A DNA stretch of 64,000 nucleotides from positions 124,001 to 188,000 of the forward strand of contig LSRY02000011.1 of assembly GCA_001643675.2 (NCBI GenBank), given 5' to 3'. The notes beneath the pieces were generated by a model, which searched no databases, had not been told where the DNA came from, and saw nothing but the letters and a program-made list of their open reading frames with translations. The translations under genes were made by a program, and so were the position numbers. Position 1 is the first letter of the stretch. Each line of letters begins with the position of its first letter. The stretch comes from Monocercomonoides exilis PA203. Its lineage: Eukaryota > Protista > Preaxostyla. Of the stretch, positions 1 to 19,012 are shown piece after piece.

Positions 1-1570
1 TTTGTGTCTGCTGCATTTGTTGAATCTGTTGTATTTGCTGTATTTGTTGTATTTGTTGGTATTGTTGCATCTGCTGCTGTATTTGCTGTTGCAACAGCAT
101 CTGCGCCATTCTTTCTTCTTCTTCTTCCTCTTTCGCTCTCTCTTGCAGCATCAGACATTCCCACGCCTGCTGGTCCATTTCTGCCGGCACAGCTAAATTT
201 GATTGCGGGTCAACTTCATTTGTTTTGCTAACCTTTTGTTTTTTGATCAAATTCTTCTTCTTCTTCTTGTTTTTCTCATCGTGCTTAGTGGAAAGAGAAG
301 GAGTTAAAGAAGAAGAAGAGTGAAGAGCATTAGATGTCTTGTTATCTTCTTTTTCCTCTTTGTTTTGCTGTTGTTTTTGAAGCTCATTCAGAATATGCTG
401 ATCGCTCAAATGGAGCTTCATCAGTTTGTTGATCTGCTCCGTCTCTTTGAATGAGGACGATATCTGAGAGGATGTTTCACTGGAAAGCGTGGCCTCTGAA
501 GAGGAAGAAGAAGAAGAAAATGAAGAGCTTGAAGAAGAAGAAGAAGAGGAGGAGGAGGAAGAAGAAGAAGAAATAGAAGTCTGAGAATCTTCTGACAAAT
601 CATGTGATTCAGACATTTCCCTCCTCTTTTCTTCTTCTTCTTTTTCGTTTTCTCCTTTTTCTTTTGAAAGAAATGGTGTTGACAATTCAGAAGCATCATT
701 CAAAAAGGGAGCATCTTTGTGCATTTTGTTGCTGTTTGTTTTGGGTTCTTTTCTGAATTTTTCCATTTTTCCATTTTTTCTTGTTGAAGATTCCTTTCCT
801 GATGAGTGCTCAGACGGCGAAAAAGAACTGGAAGCGGTTGTTTGATGCAAAGAAATAGTATTATTCTTTCTATCCCATAGATTGCTCTGCTCTTTTAGAT
901 GAGTATTAGCTTTGATAATGTTAATAGCCTTATTCTGTGGTGGAGTTGAAAGCGATGAAAGGAGCGACAATGAAGATAAAGTCGATAAAGAAGATGACGG
1001 AGAGGACTTATTATGATAAGATTGTTGAGGAAATGAAGACGATGTTACGGAAGACGACGATGTAGAAGGTATTGAACTGATATTGGAGTTTGAACCAGAA
1101 GATGAAGAGAAAGAAATCGGAGAAAGATACGATAAAGATGAATCTGTTGTTGGAGATGATATAGATAAAATTTGCGATGCATCCTCAAAATCCGATTTTT
1201 GAGAATGCATATTAAATTGATTTTGGGGAGTTGAAGAAATTGATTGCGTCAAGGAAATTGAAGGAGAAACCAAAGGAGATGAAATTGGATGCAAAGGTGG
1301 CTTTTCAGCTGAGCCAGGAACCTTAATATCTTTATTATTAGTTGGAGTACTAAGAAATACAGATGGGGAAGGAAAAAACGATGAGGGATATTGCCTCGCT
1401 GGAGTTTCAGAATCAAAGTCTGTAAAAGTTGAACTTTCATCTTCAATGACCGTTTGAGGGATTGAATCTCCAACAATCGGTGAAAATTGAGGAGACGGAA
1501 ACTCGCGAACGGATTTTATTACTCCATTTCTAGGAGGAGTTTTAAAGTTCTCCACTAAAATAAACAACAT
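1..1570 (-). CDS. Partial (3'-truncated by window edge) low-complexity Ser/Pro/Lys/Gln-rich hypothetical protein
   Basis: In-frame ATG at 1570 (MLFILVENFKTPPRNG...). The frame was spot-checked open at both ends and runs off position 1, so it is absent from the ORF track. Ends in (IQQ)n repeats. Confidence 0.7.
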   Translation of the reverse strand, partial: MLFILVENFKTPPRNGVIKSVREFPSPQFSPIVGDSIPQTVIEDESSTFTDFDSETPARQYPSSFFPSPSVFLSTPTNNKDIKVPGSAEKPPLHPISSPLVSPSISLTQSISSTPQNQFNMHSQKSDFEDASQILSISSPTTDSSLSYLSPISFSSSSGSNSNISSIPSTSSSSVTSSSFPQQSYHNKSSPSSSLSTLSSLSLLSSLSTPPQNKAINIIKANTHLKEQSNLWDRKNNTISLHQTTASSSFSPSEHSSGKESSTRKNGKMEKFRKEPKTNSNKMHKDAPFLNDASELSTPFLSKEKGENEKEEEEKRREMSESHDLSEDSQTSISSSSSSSSSSSSSSSSSFSSSSSSSEATLSSETSSQISSSFKETEQINKLMKLHLSDQHILNELQKQQQNKEEKEDNKTSNALHSSSSLTPSLSTKHDEKNKKKKKNLIKKQKVSKTNEVDPQSNLAVPAEMDQQAWECLMLQERAKEEEEEERMAQMLLQQQIQQQMQQYQQIQQIQQIQQIQQMQQTQ

Positions 1571-1820
1571 TAAAAATTTAGTTAAAGTAATTCATATTCA
1601 ATTTTCATCAATATAAAAAAAGTATAATGAAACATCAAAATTATATAATGCAGTAAAGAATGCGCAGAAAAAAACAATGAATTATTTAAGGAGTTAAAAT
1701 GAAAACAAACTTCGAATTTTTATTTGATTTTATGTAAGTAAGGGTTAGATCCAAATTATAATAATTAGTGATGACGATCGAACCCTAAGATCATATTTTA
1801 TTTGAAGTTGCTCACGTCTA

Positions 1821-3041
1821 ATGGCAACCGAACAAAGACAAATTACTATTAATGATATTAAAAGAGCTGCACAAACACTTGCACCTATACTTGAACGAAC
1901 GCCTGTTATTAAGTCACATCTTCTGTCAACGGAAACACAAGAAGTGTTTTTGAAGATGGAAAACCTTCAGAGGACAGGATCATTTAAAGTCCGTGGTGCT
2001 TTTAATAAGATTGCAAGCCTATCTGAAGAGGAAAAAAAGAAAGGAATCATTGCAAGCAGTGCTGGAAATCACGCTCAAGGTGTTGCACTTGGTGGACAAC
2101 ATTTTGGCATTCCAGCAGTCATCGTGATGCCAGATGGAACTCCAAAAGCAAAAGTTGAAAATACACGAAGTTATGGTGCAGAAATAGTTTTTGGCGGTCC
2201 AATCTACGACGATGCATATGCAACAGCAAGAAGATTGCAAAAAGAAAAAGGATACACATTCATTCATCCATTTGATGACGATGTTGTGATAGCAGGTCAG
2301 GGAACTGTTGCACTCGAAATTATGGAGCAGCTTAAAGAAGTTGATGCTATTGTCGTTCCAATCGGAGGAGGAGGACTTGTTTGCGGAACTGCAATTGCAG
2401 CTCGTCATTTCAATCCAAAGATCAGAATCATAGGTGTACAAGCCAGCCATGCAGCATCAATGAGAGATAGCTTGGCTCACGGATCTGTTATTGAATTGGA
2501 TAAAGCAAAGACTATTGCAGATGGAATCCAAGTGAGAAGACCAGGAGATCGAACATTTGAATTATGTCGTGAATTGGGTGTTGAAGTCGTGACAGTGGAA
2601 GAGGAAGAGATCCAAGAAGCAATTTTATTCCTTCTTGAGAAGCATCATATTATTAGTGAAGGAGCAGGAGCTGTTCCAGTGGCAGCGTTTATGAGCAAAA
2701 AAATTGATCCTTCCATTGGAAAAGTATGTCTTCTAGTGTCTGGTGGTAATATCGACGCACACGTTGTTGCTGAAATCATTGACAGAGGACTTCTTTTGCA
2801 AAAAAGACGGTTCAGATTTACTACAATGATAGATGATAAGCCTAATGCACTTGGTCGACTCACATCTCTTATTGGAGAACTGAAGATCAACATTATGCAA
2901 ATAACACAGACACGACAGAAATACGGGTTGGATCTGGCCTTTCAAGTTGTAGACGTACTGGTGGAGACAGGAGGAAAAGAACAGACGAATCATTTGGTCG
3001 AGACGCTTAAAGAACATGGATACAGCGTAGAGGAATTGTAA
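1821..3041 (+). CDS. ilvA: Threonine/serine ammonia-lyase (threonine dehydratase), PLP-dependent, with a single C-terminal ACT domain
   Basis: ENLQRTGSFKVRGA (PLP lysine), SAGNHAQG, PIGGGGL, SGGNID, C-terminal ACT-like IDDKPNALGRL. Intronless, 406 aa. Confidence 0.95.
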   Translation: MATEQRQITINDIKRAAQTLAPILERTPVIKSHLLSTETQEVFLKMENLQRTGSFKVRGAFNKIASLSEEEKKKGIIASSAGNHAQGVALGGQHFGIPAVIVMPDGTPKAKVENTRSYGAEIVFGGPIYDDAYATARRLQKEKGYTFIHPFDDDVVIAGQGTVALEIMEQLKEVDAIVVPIGGGGLVCGTAIAARHFNPKIRIIGVQASHAASMRDSLAHGSVIELDKAKTIADGIQVRRPGDRTFELCRELGVEVVTVEEEEIQEAILFLLEKHHIISEGAGAVPVAAFMSKKIDPSIGKVCLLVSGGNIDAHVVAEIIDRGLLLQKRRFRFTTMIDDKPNALGRLTSLIGELKINIMQITQTRQKYGLDLAFQVVDVLVETGGKEQTNHLVETLKEHGYSVEEL

Positions 3042-4208
3042 GCATTGATGAAGAGGAATTGAAGAGACGAAGAAAGTGAGGATTTCGTTGCCTGTAATCT
3101 TCACTTCTAACGGAATTTTGATTAAATGAAAAGATTCTCATCAAATTCACATGAAAAAATTTAAATTTTGTGAAAAAAAATTGTTCGCATTAAACAATGA
3201 AAAATTATGAAAAAAAGAAAAGAAGAATTTTTATATAATTCTTTAATTTCTTTATCTTAAAGTTGAGGTGCCTTCTTTGACTTTGCTTTTTCTATTTTTT
3301 GTGAACCGTTTTTTGTTTTGTTTTGTTTTTTTCTCTGTTTTGAAATATCCTTTTTTCTTTTCTGTTATAATCTTTGTCTTTACTATTTAGAATATCTTTT
3401 CGCCAAACTTATTTCTGTATTCAAGTTGCGCGTGAAGAGAATATTTAGTACGTTTTGCTGCTAAAATAATGAACTATTATCAATATTTATTTATTTATTT
3501 TTTTTACAACAAAAATTTTGATAATTGAAGGGAATAAAAATTATTTTTTTAGAAATAAACTCTTTCGAAAATTGCATCAAAATACAATAATTTGTGATTT
3601 GGCATTTTTTCTTTTCGGATAGTACACCAAAAATTATTCAAAATGAAATCTTTAACATTTGAAACAATGATTTTCACATTCAAAATAGTGATTCATTTCG
3701 ATATTTCATAATTTATTCATCATTGCATGAAAAATTTCAAAAATCATATTTCCACATTTATGTTGGTATCATTTCAATTTATTTTTGAACTTTTTTTCTG
3801 TGAACAAACAATATTTGATAATTTTCTCTTTTTCACAAAAACAAGAAATAACTATTCCTCATCAAATTTATGTTCAGTTGATAATATTTTTTTTGTTGTT
3901 CATCCAATTGCAACATGTAATTTTGCTTCTGTTTTTATTTTAGCAATATTCACTTTTATTTGCAGTCGTAAATGTTAATAAAAAATAATAATCAAAAAAT
4001 AAAAAAATAAAAAAATAAAAAAAACTACTTTAAGAGAGGTTCACTATTAAAATCATATAAGAAATAAAGATTTTATTTATTCTTTGTCGCACAAAATTGT
4101 TTGATCGAATCTTGCCACATTTCGTACTTTGTTTAGTGATAATTTTTCATTTTTCTTTCTTTGTCTTGGTTCGTTTTCTCGTGAGTGCAGCTCAACATAG
4201 CTCAGTAG

Positions 4209-5564
4209 ATGTCTCTTCAAGCCACAGATGAACTTATATGGACATGCATTAAGCATGGATTTTGTTCATCCAGAGCAAAGTTTTTGATTTTGATTATTTT
4301 ATTATTTACATTTTTTCCCCAGAACAATTACTCAAAATTTTTGTAGGAATCCAATGAATGTTTCCGGGTTATGCAAGAGAAGTTCTTGCCCACTTGCAAA
4401 TGCATCTTATGCAACAGTTGTTGATAGAAAAGGTTAATATTCTTGATAATTTGTTTGCTGTTAAACAAAAAGTAATTATTTGAAACTTTTTGTGTAGGAG
4501 AGATATACTTAATGATAAAAACAGCTGAAAGAATGCAGTTTCCGGCAAAACTTTGGGAAAAAATAAAACTTCCAAATAATAAACGAGAAGCCAAACATAT
4601 CATAAAAGACAGATTGCAATTCTTTTCCACTTTTATGCAAAGAAGTGTTCTACGTAGATATAGACGCATTCTTCAAATTCATGGGAGAATTCGTCGTCTT
4701 CGTCATAGGATAAAGTATGAAAGCATCAATTTTTATTCTTAATAAATATTGTTGTTATGTAGGCCTCATGAGGTTGGCATCAAAGTGAATGTTGAACGAA
4801 AAATGCGATTGAAGGAAATAAGAGCAGAGCGTGCAGCGGACATTGAAGAGACATTGAAGAAAACTCTTTTGAAGCGATTATCAACTGTTTGATATTATTC
4901 AAATTTTAAATTTTGAAATGAATATTTTTTGAATCATTAACAGTATCAAGAAGAAGGTGTATTTAATTTCCCACAAAAGGCATTTGAAAAGGCTTTGGAA
5001 GAAAAGGGGGCCGAATCGGATGAGATTGATGAAGGGGAATCGGATGAAGAAGAAGAAGAAGAAGAGGAAGAACTGAGCGAAGAAGAGGCAAGAAGCAAGA
5101 AGAGAGGTAAGGCGGTGAAGCCCAGATTGATGTATGAGATGGAGATGGAGGATGCCCATGCTGCTCCAATGATGCTTTCTCATTCTGCTGCTTCATCTGC
5201 ATCATCAAAATCTTCTTCTTCGGTTAAAAGGAAAGAAGCAGATGATGAAGATGATGAAATGTATGTTGAAGACGAGGATGAGGATGATGACGATGAAGAT
5301 CCGAGCGATATTGAGGAAAGTGATAGTTATGAAGAGCTAAGCGATGAGGATGATCAGGATTTAAGTGGTTTAGATAGTATCAACAATGAAGACGATGAAG
5401 ACGAAGAAGACGAAGAAGATGAAGAAGACGAAGGCAATGATAGCGAAGAAAGAAAAGATCATAAAAAAGCTCCTAAATTAAGGAAGAGTGACAAAAATCA
5501 AATCACTCTTCGAAAGACCCAGAAAAAGAAACTTCATTCTGGAGATATTGAAGATATTGTTTAA
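4209..5564 (+). CDS. MAK16: MAK16 60S ribosome biogenesis protein (5 exons)
   Basis: Spliced reading [24 protein letters not shown] / ...[27 protein letters not shown] / [25 protein letters not shown]..., then an acidic C-terminal tail. Four GT-AG introns keep the frame. Confidence 0.92.
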
Positions 5565-5811
5565 AAAAATCAAAAATACAAAAATTCACTTCATCACTTC
5601 AACAAGTAATTTAAAAAGTATGGATTATGTTATGCATTTTTATTTATCATTTTTAAAGAATTTTATTTTTTGAATGTTAAAAAAATGAGGGGTCTGCTGT
5701 ATTAGGTAATTTAAAGATCAGACTTTTTGTTTGTGGTGCTATTTCTTTTCATACAGGCAATTTCAACGTAAATATCATTTTTCTGAATTGATATATTTTT
5801 ATTTTAGCAGC

Positions 5812-6445
5812 ATGCCAGTTAAACGCAGAAACGGAGGTCGCTCAAAACATGGAAGGGGACATACACGCGCAATTCGCTGTGTGAATTGCGGAAGATGCTG
5901 CCCAAAGGTTTGAAAGTATTATTGCATTGCTTGCTTATTTATTTATTTCTTTTTTTCATAAAATCAGGACAAAGCTATTAAAAGATTTGTCGTTAGAAAT
6001 ATGGTTTGCAGCTATTTTCTTTTTTTACCACCTTGTTTTGAATTGAATTAATTTCGCTGTATGAAATAGGTCGAAGCCGCTGCACTTAATGATATCAAAG
6101 CGGCAACTGCTTATGATAGTTTGAACTTGATTTCTATTTTTGGATGATATCTGAATAATTTTTCATTTTTCAGGCTACACAATCCCAAAGCTTTACATGA
6201 AAATGGAATACTGCGTCTCCTGTGCTGTACATTCACATCAAGTGCGTGTCAGGTCTGATGAAGCTCGTCGCAATCGCGACCCTCCACAACGTCGTAGAGT
6301 ATGAAATTTGCCTTTCAAATGAAAGCTTTTGAATTATTTGTTATTTTTCTTGTTTTTTTCATTATTGAAGCCCACTGACAAAAAAGACGAGCAACGAAAA
6401 CCCGGTGCGACTCCAACAGGACAAGGAGCCGCAGTTAGAGCATAA
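5812..6445 (+). CDS. RPS26: 40S ribosomal protein S26 (eS26), 5 coding exons
   Basis: [32 protein letters not shown] / [12 protein letters not shown] / VEAAALNDI... / [27 protein letters not shown]; stop TAA at 6443-6445. Confidence 0.97.
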
Positions 6446-6724
6446 GCACCTCACTTATTAAGTTTTATAAAATAAATGCTTTTAAAACGATTCTTAATAG
6501 GGCAGAATAGAGAAGTACTGAGAAATTACTCACTTTTTTCTGTCAACAACAACAAAAAAAAATCAAACAAACATATCTTCAAATGATAGTCCTATTTTTT
6601 GAATGAATTTTGTGATTTTGCTGTTTTTTCAGTAAAAAGCTTCAAAATATTGCCAAATAACTAATGACAAAAGAATACGAGATGTTCATTACAAAGCATA
6701 AATGATGTTAGAAGAAAAATTCGT

Positions 6725-7867
6725 TCAGAGGTCTGTCCACTCAGAAAAAACGAATGAGGCTGTTTGTGTGATTTCCAAGTGGCTTCGCGAGAATGTTTCA
6801 TCGAGTACACCTCCGATAATCCAATTCACATTCGATTCATTGCGAAGCACGCGCATAGATGCAATATTATCTTCGAAGCATACAAAAAGCGGCTTAATTG
6901 CTTGTTTTGAAGAAGAAGTAATTGAGGAAGAGGGCAAAGATTGCTCACATTGCTTGCAGAGAATATGAACAGCTTTCATTGCATTTTCAGTGGAGATGAG
7001 CGAAGGTGTGAAAGTCTTCGGTACCATTGACAATGTTGTATCTGTTTGAGTGGTTTTTTCAGAAATTATCTCCTGCTCCCTTCTGCGTGAATGCTCAATG
7101 AGTTTCTCCAAGGGCCTTTCAGCTTCACTGAGTCCAACTATATCGGTCGCCGTTCGCATAAAAATATCTGCTGCAGGTTTTCCGTGCTCAAACTGGTCTG
7201 AGCTCCGCACTTCCACAAAATAATGTAAAATTCCATAGTGACTTAAAACAACCTCTGCCATCTCTCGTGTGGTTGATGTAGCAACTCCAAGAGGAATTCC
7301 TGCTGCACTAAATCGCTGAAGCACCTTTCGCACACCGCTTTTCAGCGAAGCATGTGTCTTGAACTCCGGCAGCAACTCTTCATTCACCATGTCTGCAATC
7401 TTGTTTGTTAATTCTGCAAATGCTGCATTTGCTGCAGGAAGCGCGTCTAAACTTGGAGCTTCTTTTTTTTTCAAAGGATTTCTGAGAATAAGATTAAGAT
7501 AAGAGACGAGAATTTTTAAAAGATTTGCAAAATGTAATAATCAAAAATAAACACATATTTGTTTCTGATAGATGGAATTGTCGAATATATCGTTCAACAA
7601 ATGAACGAACACTTGATGGGTCGAACATTTCTTCTTCAGTAACCTTATGTTCAACTCCGAGGCGCTTCAGCACGTTCTCCCAGATAGATTCCCAGATGCA
7701 ATTGCTCGATAACAGCGTTCCATCTAAATCAAAAACCACTCCAAGCGGCTTTTGTTGAATTAATTCGTCTGGTTCATTGTGAACGCCATTTCATCTCGGT
7801 CAAAACTGGAAAAGCAAATTCATTGGTAAAACTATTGCAAACCAATTTTAGAAGATTGTTTTTGCAT
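6725..7867 (-). CDS. HAD-superfamily (subfamily IA, beta-PGM/pseudouridine-5'-phosphatase-like) hydrolase; 5' end has an apparent frame break
   Basis: Motif I VFDLDGT, motif II VATS, motif III GKPAADIF, motif IV CFEDN. A GTGTTT...CTCAG intron near 7485-7554 joins the two ORFs in frame. Start uncertain (7867 or 7794). Confidence 0.8.
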
Positions 7868-8501
7868 CTCTAAAGATATTCAATTTTTATTTCTTAATAA
7901 AATAAAATATAAAAAAAAAAATCTGATATTTGCATAATTTAAATTTTTGAAAGACTTGAGAGTGAATAATCCTTCCATTACTGAAAAAAAGGTTTAGAAA
8001 AATGAAATTACATACAAATTTTATAATTATTTATGGATTGCAATTATTGGAGTGATATTTGGTTATTTAAGATTTTATTAATTTCATCAATTTTATTTCG
8101 TACAAAAGTGAAAAGAAAATATCATATAGTTTAACTTTCATTGAAATTTTTTGAAACAATTTCCTATGTCGATGATTATTTTACCGCATATCCATTAATT
8201 GTACATGAAAAGCCACAGAATTTATGAGTGGTAAAACATTGGAAAGTTTGTGATGAAGTTCAAATGAAAAAATCTATTGAACATTTATTAATAAAATTTT
8301 CGCTCTTCACTTTTTTATTTGGCTCAAATTTAGTTTTCAATTTTAAATTCAAAATCACAAACATAGAATTCTTAACAATACAACAATGCAGTTTTAAAAT
8401 CACGGAAATCAAATCATCAAACAAATCAAAATAAAGATGAAAAAACTCAACGTTTATTGCTAAACATTTATTTAACAATATTGTTTTGCGTTTAAACTTA
8501 A

Positions 8502-8921
8502 TTAGTTATATTTCATAGTTACACATAAGGTTCCAGCATCTGGGTCATTCTTATCTCCCAAATAAATATAGCTTTCTGCGTGGAACAAACAATTACTTGC
8601 TTTTCGAAATGTAACTTTGAATGTTACATTTCCTTCTGTAATAATTGTTTTATTCCCAGCAATTGTAGAAAAATACACATCTTGAACTTTTTGAACATCA
8701 CTTGTAATTATGTAATCACAAAATTGCTTCAAAACAAAATTTCCTTCAGTAATATTTCTTGTTGCATATAAGTTGAAGGTTAGCTCAGCATTTTCTCCAG
8801 CTTTTGGTTTGTCCGGCTTTGAAGAAACATTAACAAATCTAAGTTTGTTCATTCCCGTTCCGCATTCTTTACCAATAATTGCGCAATTTGAAGTCAGGAA
8901 GAGAAGCAAAAAACCGAGCAT
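8502..8921 (-). CDS. Secreted ML-domain (MD-2/NPC2-like lipid-binding) protein
   Basis: Signal peptide MLGFLLLFLTSNCA, then ECG...FVNVSSKPDKPKAGENAELTF..., C-terminal TLCV. Size (139 aa) and Cys pattern fit ML domains. Confidence 0.7.
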   Translation of the reverse strand: MLGFLLLFLTSNCAIIGKECGTGMNKLRFVNVSSKPDKPKAGENAELTFNLYATRNITEGNFVLKQFCDYIITSDVQKVQDVYFSTIAGNKTIITEGNVTFKVTFRKASNCLFHAESYIYLGDKNDPDAGTLCVTMKYN

Positions 8922-9266
8922 TTTTTATGTTTTTGCATGATCATAACCTATTTTTCAAAGTTTTTCCAGAATGTTATCAGACCAATCCAAATACTTTCAC
9001 TTCAAACTTAATTGTTTTGCTTTCTTTTCTTTTTTGAATATAGAAAAAAATTTCTTTAAAGAAAAAAAAAATTTTTTTTTCTATTTTACAAAATAACAAA
9101 GAACTATTTTTGACGAACAAGATTAAAGCTTAAAAAACTAAAAACATTATTTTTAAAAACAAAAGAAATTAAAACAAAAGGGTATATATTTTTTATTAAT
9201 TCCACAAGCAATTAAACAAATAAAACATTTATTCTAATTATGAAGATAAAATGGTTTAAGAAAATA

Positions 9267-17173
<7,907 letters not shown>

Positions 17174-17687
17174 ATAAATTTGTGTTTTGCAGTAAACTCA
17201 AAGTTTCACTTCATGATCCACATTTCCCACTTCAAAAGTTTTTCTTTTTCTTTGCAAAACCAAAAAAGTACAATATCTTTTGTTTAAATTTTTTTGCAAC
17301 AAATATGAACCATTCCGAAGAAATTTTTGATTAAATTGCCAATTTATACCCAAATTTGTTTCTGAAACTTTTTTTTGAAAAATCTATTTCGCTTTTCAGA
17401 TAAAACAAAAACAATTATTCATAGATAATTAATGATAAAAATGACAATGTGCATATTTTAAAAGTGTATATTGCAATTTTTTAAAAAAGAGCATTTGTTT
17501 TTCAAAAACAAATTGTTTGATAGAAATAATGAGTAGATATAAAAGAAAATTTTTAGAATATAAAAAGGATTTACCTTGAATCATATGATTTGATTGAAAT
17601 ACAAAAGGATTCACATTTTTGAATTACAGATAAAGAAGTTTGCTTTAAATGGTTTTCAACCAAGATTTTGTATTTCATATGTAATTA

Positions 17688-18525
17688 GGGTCAACTTTTA
17701 TATGGGACTTTTTCCCTTATTGGCACTTTTTTTGTTTTTGACTGCCAACTTTCTACAAACGTTGATTGACTTTTTTTCACTTTTATTCAATGTTCTAACA
17801 ACTTTTTAACAATTCATTACTAGTTTGTTTTATTATTTTTGTTTGTTTCTCACTGAGTTATAGCGTCTTTTTATATTTTTAAAAGTCACTTTTCACAATG
17901 AACCAAGATTTACAAAAAAATGTGAAATACAGTTTCATAAACTGTAAACATTTATCTATTTGTATTTTAAATTTCAATTTCCACATGTCTAAATTTTTTT
18001 GAAAAGTTCCTTTTGTGTAATTTTCTAATAAAATTAAATTTTCATATTTTCATCAAATTTATGTTCCCAATTATGAAACTTCACAAAAACGGTGATGATA
18101 CTTTTTTTTTGGATTTGTTTCCATTTTGGTGAAGTTTCTTGAGTAGGAACATAAATTTGATGAAAATATGAAAATTTAATTTTATTAGAAAATTACACAA
18201 AAGGAACTTTTCAAAAAAATTTAGACATGTGGAAATTGAAATTTAAAATACAAATAGATAAATGTTTACAGTTTATGAAACTGTATTTCACATTTTTTTG
18301 TAAATCTTGGTTCATTGTGAAAAGTGACTTTTAAAAATATAAAAAGACGCTATAACTCAGTGAGAAACAAACAAAAATAATAAAACAAACTAGTAATGAA
18401 TTGTTAAAAAGTTGTTAGAACATTGAATAAAAGTGAAAAAAAGTCAATCAACGTTTGTAGAAAGTTGGCAGTCAAAAACAAAAAAAGTGCCAATAAGGGA
18501 AAAAGTCCCATAAAAAAGTTGACAC
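17688..18525. mobile_element. 838-bp foldback/MITE-like palindromic element, 380-bp inverted arms, TA-flanked
   Basis: 17688-18067 is the reverse complement of 18146-18525; I see only 2 mismatches, both near the outer ends. TA at 17686-17687 and 18526-18527. No ORF. Confidence 0.85.
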
Positions 18526-19012
18526 TAAACTTCATATTTTTTTTGTTCTCAATTGTTCTCAATGCATTTGGTGGGGAAAGTATGAATTAACTCTTTTTCA
18601 CTTTTTTTTTAATAAAAAATAACATATTTTTTTTGTTAATCTCTTTCTGCAAATGAATAATGTTGATGAATCAATGAGCAACGAAAATTATTCAACAATA
18701 ATCAAAATTTCAGAATACTCAAAATAGATCATAACATAAGCATTGATTCATTGTTTCTATAATTGATAGTTCATATCCGAAAACAGAAAAGCTGAAAATA
18801 TGCTTGCATATGGAGGAATTATAATTTTTCGCAGAACTTCGCAAACACAAACCAATCAATAAACAACAAAAAATTCTCAAATTCAAATTAAAAAAAAGGT
18901 ATATTTCACAAAATTGCTCAAAAGAAAAGTCAACGAAAACTTTCAAGGATACTTATTGAAAACAAACATTAACCAGCAAAAGATTGAAAAGATTGGGGAA
19001 AACATGAAAAAT

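Noticed and set aside
1553-1711. Start codon split by an intron (A|GTTTGT...TTTTAG|TG) for the first gene
   Set aside because: Plausible, but an unspliced in-frame ATG exists at 1570; cannot be decided without RNA data.
1768-1822. Box C-like GTGATGA suggesting a C/D snoRNA
   Set aside because: No downstream CTGA box D with a terminal stem before the CDS.
1821-3041. Bacterial contamination as the source of the threonine dehydratase
   Set aside because: No Shine-Dalgarno or operon context; contiguous with AT-rich flanks and intron-containing genes.
4197-4212. ATAGCTCAGTAG resembles a tRNA D-arm/A-box
   Set aside because: No T-arm GTTCRA or cloverleaf; it overlaps the MAK16 start codon.
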